Assembly: GCA_022707885.1 (NCBI GenBank)
Contig: JAKIZT010000004.1
Coordinates: 103,697 to 167,696 of the forward strand
DNA from: Caldisericales bacterium
GTDB taxonomy: Bacteria; Caldisericota; Caldisericia; JAAYUI01
DNA length: 64,000 bases
Direction: 5' to 3'
Made by a program: the position numbers and the translations under genes. The notes under the pieces are model-generated. The model worked only from the letters and a program-made list of their open reading frames with translations. It searched no databases and was not told where the DNA came from. This document shows, one piece after another, positions 49,338-58,418 of this stretch (within the stretch, counting starts at the first letter, position 1; every line of letters begins with the position of its first letter).

Positions 49338-49941
49338 CTTTGGCCTCCTTGTAGAGTTTATTTTCTTCAATATACATCAAAACCTTGTCCGGAACCAGAT
49401 ATCTGCAGTCTAAGCCTGCTTCGAGCCTTTCCCTGACAAGGGTCGAAGAAATGTCAATTCTTGGAAAATCGAGCATTAATACTGTTTTGTCAATTGCACC
49501 ACACCCCATCAAAACAGATCTGGCCTCTTCAAAACTTGTTCCAAATCTTGGGGCAACAATAAAATTGGTAAGTTTGGCAATTTTTTCCGGCTCACGCCAG
49601 TTTTTGAAAGTGACCACCAAATCTGAACCGGCAATAAAAAAGAACTCATTTTCAAGATTTTCTGACTTCAAAGCAGACAGGGTTTCCACTGTATAAACAG
49701 TCTTCGGGCCAATCTCCCTGTCGCTGACCCTAAAAAATAGATTATCTTCACAGGCGATGCGGGTCATATTTAATCTGTGGGAACCATCTATCTGCGGTCT
49801 ATTCTTATTTGGGGAAAAAGTCGAACCCGGAATAACAACAATCTCGTCAAGCTGGTATTGCTCCCTGGCAAAAACGCCAAGCAAGAGGTGCGCGTTGTGG
49901 GGTGGATTGAAGGTTCCGCCCAATATCCCAATCCTACTCAA
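49324..49941 (-). CDS. nadD: Nicotinate-nucleotide adenylyltransferase
   Basis: GILGGTFNPPHNAH, YTVETL, FIAGSD, ISSTLVRE. Confidence 0.95.
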   Translation of the reverse strand: MSRIGILGGTFNPPHNAHLLLGVFAREQYQLDEIVVIPGSTFSPNKNRPQIDGSHRLNMTRIACEDNLFFRVSDREIGPKTVYTVETLSALKSENLENEFFFIAGSDLVVTFKNWREPEKIAKLTNFIVAPRFGTSFEEARSVLMGCGAIDKTVLMLDFPRIDISSTLVRERLEAGLDCRYLVPDKVLMYIEENKLYKEAKAGTP

Positions 49942-51187
49942 AAGTGAAGCGCTTTCCGGCGATGGTCACCTTGTCGCCTTCTTTTATGCCCATCTGCTTC
50001 AATTTTTTCTCAATTCCAAAACGGTTCATTTGTTTATAAACAAATGCCAGCCCATCGAGGCTTTCAAGATCGGTTTTTGCGACAATTCTCTCCAGATATG
50101 AATTTTTGACGAGGAATTCTCCACCATCGCTACGTTCAATTTTCGTATCGGTCTGGACTTTCGAAACAATGATCACTTCTTCAGACTTCTTGGCCTGTGG
50201 CAGAGGAACAGCTTTCACTTTTTGCCAGAGTGCATCAATCAGATCTTCTGTGCCAATCCTCTCTTTTGCAGAGATTTTCAGATACGGGATATCTCTCTTT
50301 GAGATAAAATCCTCCAGAGGATCTGGTTTTCCATCCATAAGATCAATCTTGTTTCCAACAACAAAAGCGGGTTTTAAAAAAGTTTCTTCCGAATAAAGCT
50401 TGACCTCTCTCCAGAGCATCTCCAGTGTTGCACATGGATCATCCGAAGCCAGGTCAATAAGATAAAGCAAAACTCTGCATCTTTCTACATGACGCAAAAA
50501 TTCGAACCCAAGCCCCTTGCCCTGCGATGCGCCCTCAATGAGGCCAGGAATATCGGCGACAGTGAATCTGTTCCAGTCTTTGGTCGTTATGACCCCAAGC
50601 GATGGTTCGAGGGTAGTAAAAGGATAGTCGCCAACTTTTGGTGAAGCCCTTGAAATTGCACCGAGCAATGTTGACTTGCCTGCATTGGGCATTCCAACAA
50701 GCCCGACATCGGCAAGTATTTTCAGCTCGATGATGAGTTTGGATTTTTCGCCCCTCTCGCCAGCCGTGGCAATATGGGGCGCCTGTCTTCTCGCATTGGC
50801 AAAGTTGGCATTCCCAAGGCCACCTCTTCCACCCTTTGCAACAAGAAGCTCCTGTTTGTCTTCCAAAAGTTCCGCAATCAGATTGTCTTTGTCTTCCAGA
50901 TAAATGGCGACACCAACCGGGACCTTGATGTAAACATCATCGCCATCGGCACCGGTGCAATTTTCCGAAGAACCGTTTACACCATCTTCAGCTTTCCAGT
51001 TTACACGGTCAACAAGATAGGAGAGGTCTCTTAGATTGGAGTCTGCAACAAGATATACGTCACCCCCATGACCGCCCTTCCCTCCGGAAGGGCCGCCTCT
51101 GGGGACAAATTTCTCTCGTCTGAAAGTAACGACACCATCGCCACCTTTTCCAGCAGCGACCTTGATCGTCACTTCATCTACAAACAT
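49934..51187 (-). CDS. obgE: GTPase ObgE/CgtA
   Basis: MFVDEVTIKVAAGKGGDG, GMPNAGKSTLL, YPFTTLEP, DIPGLIEGA, NKID, C-terminal OCT domain. Confidence 0.97.
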   Translation of the reverse strand: MFVDEVTIKVAAGKGGDGVVTFRREKFVPRGGPSGGKGGHGGDVYLVADSNLRDLSYLVDRVNWKAEDGVNGSSENCTGADGDDVYIKVPVGVAIYLEDKDNLIAELLEDKQELLVAKGGRGGLGNANFANARRQAPHIATAGERGEKSKLIIELKILADVGLVGMPNAGKSTLLGAISRASPKVGDYPFTTLEPSLGVITTKDWNRFTVADIPGLIEGASQGKGLGFEFLRHVERCRVLLYLIDLASDDPCATLEMLWREVKLYSEETFLKPAFVVGNKIDLMDGKPDPLEDFISKRDIPYLKISAKERIGTEDLIDALWQKVKAVPLPQAKKSEEVIIVSKVQTDTKIERSDGGEFLVKNSYLERIVAKTDLESLDGLAFVYKQMNRFGIEKKLKQMGIKEGDKVTIAGKRFTFE

Positions 51188-51447
51188 CAGTTGGCTTTTG
51201 GAAGAACCACCACACGCTTGCCGGTTTTTCCGACTCTCTGGAACTTGACTACTCCCTGTGTGATTGCAAAGATCGTGTAGTCCCTTCCAATATCAGTGCC
51301 TTCACCTGGATGAAAATGGGTCCCGCACTGCCTGATGATTACTCCACCTGGTAAAACTTCCTGCCCGTCGGCGACTTTTACGCCCCTGTATTTCGGGTTG
51401 GAATCTCTTCCGTTATGACCGGATCCACCTGCTTTTTTGTGTGCCAT
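51187..51447 (-). CDS. rpmA: 50S ribosomal protein L27 (short form)
   Basis: MAHKKAGGSGHNGRDSNPKYRGVK...RQCGTHFHPG. Confidence 0.97.
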   Translation of the reverse strand: MAHKKAGGSGHNGRDSNPKYRGVKVADGQEVLPGGVIIRQCGTHFHPGEGTDIGRDYTIFAITQGVVKFQRVGKTGKRVVVLPKAN

Positions 51448-51456
51448 GATATCCTC

Positions 51457-52524
51457 CTATACAAAAACTTTTTCAACAAAAGGCGAAGTTACAAGCGACA
51501 AAAGTGCACCGTAACCAGGCCTGAACCTGAGCATGTCTCCAACACTCAGACCTGTTGCATCTTCAACATCACATACGACATGGTCCGAAGAACCACCAAG
51601 AACAACAACACCTTCATCAAGCGGCGTGAGGAGCTCCGGGATGCAATCTCCTCTTCCAATATTGATGATGGCACGTCTCCTTGTTCCTCTATCTTCAAAA
51701 ACCGGGTGTGAGCCGTATGCGTCCTGTGAGACAATCCCTGTGGGTTTGGATGGTTTGGATTTGAGCTCGATTATCTCGCATGAAAGTTCCACAGTATCAA
51801 CATCAAAACCGGGTAGTGGTGTCCTGTCAAGGACATTCATACCCAAAATAATCCCCTCGCCAATCCTGAAATCATTTATGGCCCTGGGGAGCTTGCCAGC
51901 CATCAGCATTGGAACAAAATTTGTTGCTGCAGGAGCAAGATATTTGATTTCCACTTTGTACTCGGAAGATATTTTTGAAGCGAGCTCAATGAACTTTGAG
52001 ACCATATTTTGATCCGGGACAACACCGGCAAAACACGTCAATACTGCCCCCAATCCTTCAAGTTCGATCCCAGGTGTCCTTAGCACCTCAAAAACATAAG
52101 GAAAAAGCTCTTCTTCTGTAACACCTTCGCGCAAATCACCAAGCTCAACCATCAAAACGATCTTCTGGGTCCTGCCCATGGATGATGAAACTTCACCAAG
52201 GATTTTTATCGTTTCAAGATCGCTTTGGAGACTGACGCAATCAACTTGTACAAGCTCTTTAAGTCTGCTCATCGAAGGCGGACGAATGAGAAGAAGCGGG
52301 GTTTTAGGGAAAGCCTGCCTCAACTTTTTGAGGCTTTCAATCCTGGAATCAGCCAAACCATCACACCCGCCCTGGAGCATCGATTTTGCAACAGCAACAT
52401 CACCCAAAACGACTTTGGTAACACCCCAAAGCCTGGCCCCATGCTCATGAACGAGGGTGGCCATCTTTTTGGCATTTTGCTCAATCTTTTTAGTGTTTAC
52501 GGTTAAAAATGGAGTGTTTGGCAT
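51457..52524 (-). CDS. Alanine/ornithine racemase family PLP enzyme (Orr-like)
   Basis: GVTK PLP lysine, LADSRIESL, LMVELGDLREG, FRIGEGIILG, GGSSDHVVCD. Start at MPNT (track 52611). Confidence 0.88.
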   Translation of the reverse strand: MPNTPFLTVNTKKIEQNAKKMATLVHEHGARLWGVTKVVLGDVAVAKSMLQGGCDGLADSRIESLKKLRQAFPKTPLLLIRPPSMSRLKELVQVDCVSLQSDLETIKILGEVSSSMGRTQKIVLMVELGDLREGVTEEELFPYVFEVLRTPGIELEGLGAVLTCFAGVVPDQNMVSKFIELASKISSEYKVEIKYLAPAATNFVPMLMAGKLPRAINDFRIGEGIILGMNVLDRTPLPGFDVDTVELSCEIIELKSKPSKPTGIVSQDAYGSHPVFEDRGTRRRAIINIGRGDCIPELLTPLDEGVVVLGGSSDHVVCDVEDATGLSVGDMLRFRPGYGALLSLVTSPFVEKVFV

Positions 52525-52594
52525 ATTCCGAATTTTCAATAATACAATATAGTTGAATCCAGTCAATAAAGTCTCGTTCATAGCTGATTTATCC

Positions 52595-52624
52595 TTGACA
52601 ATCAGAAACACCTTCCACTAATAT
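52595..52624 (+). promoter_or_regulatory. Putative sigma70 promoter of the secDF operon
   Basis: TTGACA (52595-600), 18-bp spacer, TAATAT (52619-24). Confidence 0.5.
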
Positions 52625-52707
52625 AGTTAAGTTGTGTAACCATATTTGTCCGACCTGGCAAGGCTTTTATTAGCGGTTGGAAAATACTGGAGACTGAAAA
52701 ACAAGGG

Positions 52708-52735
52708 GATCATTAACCCTTAAGGGTTAATGATC
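52708..52735. repeat. Perfect 28-bp palindrome in the secD leader
   Basis: GATCATTAACCCTTAAGGGTTAATGATC equals its own reverse complement. Confidence 0.95.
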
Positions 52736-52757
52736 AAACACGTTAATGAGGTGAGTA

Positions 52758-54110
52758 ATGAGAAGTAACGACTATGTGAAGCTAGTTTTGATTTTGTTGA
52801 TTGTGGCTTTCTCGGCGTTGATTGCATTTTTCCCGACAGTTTTTACAAAAGAGGCTACGATCGTCGACAGCAAGGGAACCCCAAAAACAGTAACAGGTCC
52901 TGCTTTCCCTTACAGGCTCGGTCTTGATCTCAAGGGTGGAATTCACGTCGTACTTGATGCTGTTGATACCCCGGAGCAACCGGTAACTGACGAAAAGATA
53001 GAGCGCGCAATTGCAGTGCTCGAAAGTCGTGTTAACAAGCTGGGTGTTTCAGAAACAACAATACAGCGTCAAGGCAACCTCAATCGTATTTCCATCGATC
53101 TGCCCGGTTACCAGAACAAGGATGAGGCAATGGCAATCCTTGGCAAGACCGCTCTCCTCCAGTTCAAGGACGCTGACGGAAAGCTCATAATGACGGGCGA
53201 CAAAATCAAGGATGCACAGGCAGTTTACGGACAGGCAGGCAACGGCCTGGGTCAGGAATGGCACATCGTCATGACCATGACTCCAGAAGGCAGGGATGCT
53301 TTCAAACAAGCTACAAAAGCTGCTGTTGCACAAACTGACGAGAAGAAGCGAATCATTGCAGTCTATCTTGACGAAGAACTTCTAATGAAGCCTTCCGTCA
53401 AAGAAGAAATAGACTCTGATACAGTTTCGATTACCTCAGGTTCAGGTGATCCAACAGAAAAACAGGCCTGGTCGCAACAGTACGCACTTCTTATCGCTGG
53501 CGGCGCACTTCCAATCAAGCTCAGCTCAGATCCAGCAGAACTTCGTGTTGTTGGTGCTTCACTTGGTCAAGACACAGTCAATAATGTATACCTCGCGGCA
53601 ATCCTCGCACTGATGCTTGTCGGTATCTACATGCTTCTCTATTACAAGGGAATGGGTCTTGTATCAATCGTGGCTCTTGCTGTATACGCAACAATTTACC
53701 TTGCCGCACTTCTCATCGTCGGAGCAGTTTTCTCACTCCCGGCAATTGGAGCTGCAATCATCTCTGTGGGTATGGCGGTTGACTCAAATGTCATCATTTT
53801 TGAGCGTATCAGAGATGAAATAAACGAAGGCAAAACCCCAACATCATCAGTTGCACAGGGATTTGGCAAAGCATTCAGGACAGTTCTCGACTCCAACATA
53901 ACAACCCTCGTTGGTTGTGGTGTCCTATACTGGCTCGGAACCGGTGCCGTAAAGGGTTTTGCTTTAACCCTTTCATTTGGAATCTTCACCTCATTCTTTA
54001 CAGCGGTGTTCGTGACAAGATTCATCATGGACATGATAATAAGGTTCTGGAAACCAGAGCCAGGCTCGCCAATGTTTAAGTTCTTCTATGGCAACGGAGG
54101 TGCTGCATGA
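52758..54110 (+). CDS. secD: Protein translocase subunit SecD
   Basis: LGLDLKGG, RVNKLGVSE, GGALP, GMAVDSNVIIFERIRDE, DSNITT. Confidence 0.96.
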   Translation: MRSNDYVKLVLILLIVAFSALIAFFPTVFTKEATIVDSKGTPKTVTGPAFPYRLGLDLKGGIHVVLDAVDTPEQPVTDEKIERAIAVLESRVNKLGVSETTIQRQGNLNRISIDLPGYQNKDEAMAILGKTALLQFKDADGKLIMTGDKIKDAQAVYGQAGNGLGQEWHIVMTMTPEGRDAFKQATKAAVAQTDEKKRIIAVYLDEELLMKPSVKEEIDSDTVSITSGSGDPTEKQAWSQQYALLIAGGALPIKLSSDPAELRVVGASLGQDTVNNVYLAAILALMLVGIYMLLYYKGMGLVSIVALAVYATIYLAALLIVGAVFSLPAIGAAIISVGMAVDSNVIIFERIRDEINEGKTPTSSVAQGFGKAFRTVLDSNITTLVGCGVLYWLGTGAVKGFALTLSFGIFTSFFTAVFVTRFIMDMIIRFWKPEPGSPMFKFFYGNGGAA

Positions 54111-55525
54111 AATTCCTCAATCCAACACACTGGGACATCATCGGAAAACTCAAATGGCTTATTGTGAGTTTTATAGCAGTTATTTGTTTTGGAGTATTGG
54201 TAATCGGTTTCAGATGGGTAACTACAGGTTCAAAAATTGATACCGCGTATTTCATTTTCGAAAAAGCCATTCCAGGACAGGTAACCGAGATTGCAAAAAC
54301 AGTCTATCAGTTCGAAGAGATACAGAAGCTCTCAAACTTCTCAATCGAAGTTCCTGCACCAGATGCCAATTATAAAGAGCAAGTCAGATTGAACATCAAA
54401 GCAGACAAACTCACCAATGATGAGGTAAAAAAGATTGGTGAAAGGCTTTCCACAGAATATGGCAAACTTGCAAAAGATCCGGCAATTGAAACTACCTCTC
54501 TTTCAGGACAGCCATTCAACTGGGGCCTTGATTTCACTGGTGGAACAATCCTTGAAATGACCTTCAAGAATCCTTTTGTGGACAATACAGGCAAGGCCAT
54601 GGCAGACGAAGAGGTGATTGGCAAGGTCAGAACAGCTTTTGCAAAAAATGGCGTTTCACTGACAGTTGTTCAGGTTCAACGTCTTGCAATGGAAGCTGAG
54701 CAAGGAAAGGATATAGCCAATTCTATCCTTATTCGTACACAAGAATCATCTGATACCAAACTTAAATCAGTAATTACCGATCTCATCTCAACATTTGGCG
54801 AAGAAGATGTCGCCAACAGAAAGATTGATACAATTGGTCCAGTTGTGGGTCAGGAGCTCAAAAGATCAGCTGTTCTTGCACTCGTTATCGCGCTAGCAGT
54901 TATTTTCATCTATATTGCGTTCAGGTTCCAGCCAAGAGCTGGAGTTGCAGCTATTGCTTGCCTTATTCATGACCTTGCGCTCACACTCGGCGTCCTTTCT
55001 CTTGCTTGGGTTGAAATAAATTCAGCAGCAGTAGCAGCTTTGCTTGCACTTATCTCATACGATGTACAAGACACCGTCGTTGTTATGGACCGTGTCAGAG
55101 AGAACACAAAGCTATATCTCGGCAAGATGCCTTACGATAAGCTCATCAATATGTCTATAACCCAGACTTTTATGAGATCATTTAACACATCTTTCACCAC
55201 TATGATTGGTATCTTGGTCATCCTCTTCCTTGGCGGAAAAACAATCCTAGATTTCTCCCTCATCTTCCTCTTCGGTTTGACTGCTGGAACATGGAGCTCA
55301 ATCTATATTGCCGCCCCGCTACTCGTTGTCTGGAAGAACTTTGAAAACAGAGTAAGCACCAATCAGCCTAGAAAAACCTATCAACTATCAACTCCAGAGG
55401 GCATTAAGGTAGCAGTAAAAGAAACACAGCCACAGATTAACAAGCCAGCAATTAAAGATAATCTTGCTGGTAAGCCGCCGGCCAAAAAAGGCCCGCCAAA
55501 GAAAAAATCCAACAAAAGACGTTAG
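54107..55525 (+). CDS. secF: Protein translocase subunit SecF (enlarged)
   Basis: GLDFTGG, IGPVVGQEL, LIHDL, DTVVVMDRVRE, QTFMRSFNTS, GTWSSIYIAAP. Confidence 0.94.
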   Translation: MKFLNPTHWDIIGKLKWLIVSFIAVICFGVLVIGFRWVTTGSKIDTAYFIFEKAIPGQVTEIAKTVYQFEEIQKLSNFSIEVPAPDANYKEQVRLNIKADKLTNDEVKKIGERLSTEYGKLAKDPAIETTSLSGQPFNWGLDFTGGTILEMTFKNPFVDNTGKAMADEEVIGKVRTAFAKNGVSLTVVQVQRLAMEAEQGKDIANSILIRTQESSDTKLKSVITDLISTFGEEDVANRKIDTIGPVVGQELKRSAVLALVIALAVIFIYIAFRFQPRAGVAAIACLIHDLALTLGVLSLAWVEINSAAVAALLALISYDVQDTVVVMDRVRENTKLYLGKMPYDKLINMSITQTFMRSFNTSFTTMIGILVILFLGGKTILDFSLIFLFGLTAGTWSSIYIAAPLLVVWKNFENRVSTNQPRKTYQLSTPEGIKVAVKETQPQINKPAIKDNLAGKPPAKKGPPKKKSNKRR

Positions 55526-55555
55526 GATTTGAAAATACTATTCAGGGAGGCCTGA

Positions 55556-55939
55556 GTGAAAAAGCTGATCCTTGTTGCTCAAGAAACAGCTGATGCGAGA
55601 AAGGGCGTATTAAACGCCCTTTCTCCATTATATGCGGAAGGATATTCAATCCTTACATGCATGAGTGGTGAAGAGCTCATCAAAAAAATGTCCCTCGGGC
55701 AGGCCTGTCTGGCCGTGGTCGACCTGACAATGCCTGAATTGAACGGGTTTGAACTCATCAACAGGCTCACTTCGGATCCTTCTACAGCAAATGTTCCAAT
55801 AATGGCACTCACCCCACCAACACTGGGAGTTTTCAAATATATCACAAGGTGCATGGGCGTTACCTATTTCTTCAACAGACCCACATCACCAGCCAAAATC
55901 CTCGAAATGGCAAGGGAATGTATGGGGAGGGCAGAATGA
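55556..55939 (+). CDS. Stand-alone, atypical response regulator receiver domain
   Basis: GTG start; VVDLTMPELNGFELINRL...VPIMALT...FFNRP. Confidence 0.85.
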   Translation: MKKLILVAQETADARKGVLNALSPLYAEGYSILTCMSGEELIKKMSLGQACLAVVDLTMPELNGFELINRLTSDPSTANVPIMALTPPTLGVFKYITRCMGVTYFFNRPTSPAKILEMARECMGRAE

Positions 55940-56826
55940 ATTTCATTTTTGACAGATTGCCAAAAGGAGCAAAACCAAAACCACTGGCCCAAGAATTCAC
56001 ATCTTCACCAAAAGACGCCATTTATACAATGAGAACGTCCATGTTCTCAGGTTATCTTGAGGGCAATTTTGGAAACTCAAAATTAGGCATCTACTTTTAC
56101 AAGGGAAGGCCAATATTCACGATATACCAGTCCAAAGACTGGTTCGAATTTGGGCAGAAAGCCATAGACTTTGCCACAAAGGACCAGGGATCATCCAGGA
56201 ACTGCTACTCCACAAGCGACATCGATCCGGATATTTTAAAATGTTTTTGCTCACTGCTTTCCCCATATCCAATATTCAGGAATTTCTACCCTCAAATGCT
56301 TGTTATTGATGAGCTTTTTTCAAGAATGGTGCAAGAGAAATTTACCGGGTGCATATATATTTCAACACTGTCTGACCAGGTTTTGCTTTTTGTTCATGAT
56401 GGCATGATCCTTGAGTGGGAAGAGGGCAAGATAACCAGCCGCTACCCAATCGACGAATCTCCAGTTACAAAAGACATGGCAAAAGCAGTCGCCCTGATGA
56501 GCGACGAGAGGGCAGGCATCGACATATACGAAATGCCTGAAAATCTTTATTCAGACCTGACTTCTTTTGAATATGGCGTAACATTCAAGACAACCAAAAG
56601 CCTGCTGATACTCAAGGATGCTTTGAGCAAAATTGCAGGAGATGAACTAAAAGGCAAGAGCGTCGATTTCGACAGGGCACTTGACGAGAACGCAGCCGAT
56701 ATAAACAACATTGAAGAGTTTGTCACCAATCTGGAAAAACATCTCACAGTCGATATTTCAAGAAAAATCCTTCAGGGATTGACTGAAAAACTGATGGTTG
56801 AAATAGCAGAATTCAAAAAATCCTGA
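55936..56826 (+). CDS. Hypothetical protein with two DUF4388/PatA-N-like repeats
   Basis: FSGYLEG...IYFYKGRP and FTGCIYI...LFVHDGMI; ATGA coupling with the receiver gene (track start 55849). Confidence 0.55.
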   Translation: MNFIFDRLPKGAKPKPLAQEFTSSPKDAIYTMRTSMFSGYLEGNFGNSKLGIYFYKGRPIFTIYQSKDWFEFGQKAIDFATKDQGSSRNCYSTSDIDPDILKCFCSLLSPYPIFRNFYPQMLVIDELFSRMVQEKFTGCIYISTLSDQVLLFVHDGMILEWEEGKITSRYPIDESPVTKDMAKAVALMSDERAGIDIYEMPENLYSDLTSFEYGVTFKTTKSLLILKDALSKIAGDELKGKSVDFDRALDENAADINNIEEFVTNLEKHLTVDISRKILQGLTEKLMVEIAEFKKS

Positions 56827-57637
56827 CTTTGTGGCAAGTATATTTTTTACCAAGTTCCTGGGCCGCCTCAAAGAGGGCGGCTTTTTGTTTAAAAAGTGCA
56901 AAAACCGAACTGCCTGAACCGCTCATGCTGGCAATATTTGCACCATGATCCAGAAGTGAATTTATCGCCTGGCCAATTTCGGGGCATACCAGATTGGCCG
57001 CCTCAAAAAGGTCATTTTGCGGCAATTCCAACCGGTCTGGAATACTGGCCGGTTTTGACGAAACAGGTTTCTGGTCCCAGTTTGAATACACTTTTGGTGT
57101 GGAAACATGACAGTCTGGGCAAACAAGCAAGATTTCTCCTTCAAAACCTTTCAATGGCTCAACGATTTCACCCCTGCCGGTCATCCTTCTCCATCCCTCA
57201 AGCAGAAACGATGGTACATCAGAACCAGCCTTGGCGGCAGTTTCAAACAAAAGGCTTTCTTTCATGCCAATAAAAGAGCCAAGACAGGAGATTACCGCGG
57301 CTGCGTCTGATGAGCCACCGCCAAGCCCTGCTCCATGTGGTATGTTCTTTTTTATCTTTATTTCAAGCGAAAGGTCTGCACCAAAAGATTCGAGCAAGAG
57401 AGATGCGGCTTTGTATGCCAGATTATCTTTTCCTGGTGATATTTCACAATCCACAATGATTCCTTTGCCATTACTTATTGAAATGTCTATTTCATCATAA
57501 AGGTCTATTCTGACAACAAGGGAATCGATTTCATGATAACCATCAGGCCTTCTGGCCAGAACATGCAGGTCCCAGTTTATTTTTGCGTATGCCCTAACGT
57601 GGAATGAAACCGGCAAGTCTCTTGAATTGATCGACAT
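56813..57637 (-). CDS. ispE: 4-diphosphocytidyl-2-C-methyl-D-erythritol kinase
   Basis: AYAKINWDLHV, KNIPHGAGLGGGSSDAAA, GSDVP, MSGSGSSVF. Confidence 0.95.
   Translation of the reverse strand: MSINSRDLPVSFHVRAYAKINWDLHVLARRPDGYHEIDSLVVRIDLYDEIDISISNGKGIIVDCEISPGKDNLAYKAASLLLESFGADLSLEIKIKKNIPHGAGLGGGSSDAAAVISCLGSFIGMKESLLFETAAKAGSDVPSFLLEGWRRMTGRGEIVEPLKGFEGEILLVCPDCHVSTPKVYSNWDQKPVSSKPASIPDRLELPQNDLFEAANLVCPEIGQAINSLLDHGANIASMSGSGSSVFALFKQKAALFEAAQELGKKYTCHKVRIF
56862..56886 (+). terminator. Probable terminator of the secDF-receiver operon, inside the ispE 3' end
   Basis: GCCGCCTC-AAA-GAGGGCGGC-TTTTT (one bulge). Confidence 0.5.
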
Positions 57638-58418
57638 TTAATGTTTCACCCCTCACATTGGGTTCCAGCCCAATGAATGACATTGCGCTCTTCACATCAT
57701 CCGCGTCAAACCCTGCTTCAGAAAGCGAGTTAACCATCGTTTTTCTCCTAAGCATAAAAGCGCCTTCTACCACACTGATAAAATGGTCCTCGGCCTGTTT
57801 TGGCAACCTTGGTGTTTTTGGCTGGTTGAATGAAACAAACGCAGAACCAACATTTGGCCTTGGAAAAAATGATGATGGATGCACTTCAAAAAGTTTTTTG
57901 AACGAAAAAGCATACTGGGCATAAACGGAGAAAGCCGTGTATGAAGAATCCCCTGGCGATGCCAGCAGGTGTTTGACAACATCCTCCGGCAACATGAAAA
58001 AAGCCGGAACATCCGGTGTCTGGTTTGCCCATCTCCTAAGTATGGCCGAAGAGCAGTAATAGGGGAGATTTCCAACAACAACGGTTGGTTTGAGCAATGA
58101 CAGATCCATCTCGAGAACATCGCCAAAAATGAGTCTTATATTTGAAGTGAGGCCAGTTGTTTTGAGTAGAAGCGGGCGGAGGTCAGTGTCTATTTCAATG
58201 GCAATTACCTGGTGAGCATTCATGGCTAGAGTAGAGGTGAGATAGCCAGATCCTGCACCAATTTCCACCACCCAGTCAGAGTGCTTGATATTGCAAGCAT
58301 CCATGATTCTGTCTATCGCAACAGGGTCATGAAGAAAATTCTGACCAAAACTTTTTTTGAGCCTTATCTCAAACCTTTGAAGGTCATCTTTGAGATCTTT
58401 TAGGCCATTCGAGGACAT
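57594..58418 (-). CDS. rsmA: 16S rRNA m6,2A methyltransferase
   Basis: KKSFGQNFL, VEIGAGSG, GNLPY, FFPRPNVGS, RRKTMVNSL. Confidence 0.95.
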   Translation of the reverse strand: MSSNGLKDLKDDLQRFEIRLKKSFGQNFLHDPVAIDRIMDACNIKHSDWVVEIGAGSGYLTSTLAMNAHQVIAIEIDTDLRPLLLKTTGLTSNIRLIFGDVLEMDLSLLKPTVVVGNLPYYCSSAILRRWANQTPDVPAFFMLPEDVVKHLLASPGDSSYTAFSVYAQYAFSFKKLFEVHPSSFFPRPNVGSAFVSFNQPKTPRLPKQAEDHFISVVEGAFMLRRKTMVNSLSEAGFDADDVKSAMSFIGLEPNVRGETLNVDQFKRLAGFIPR

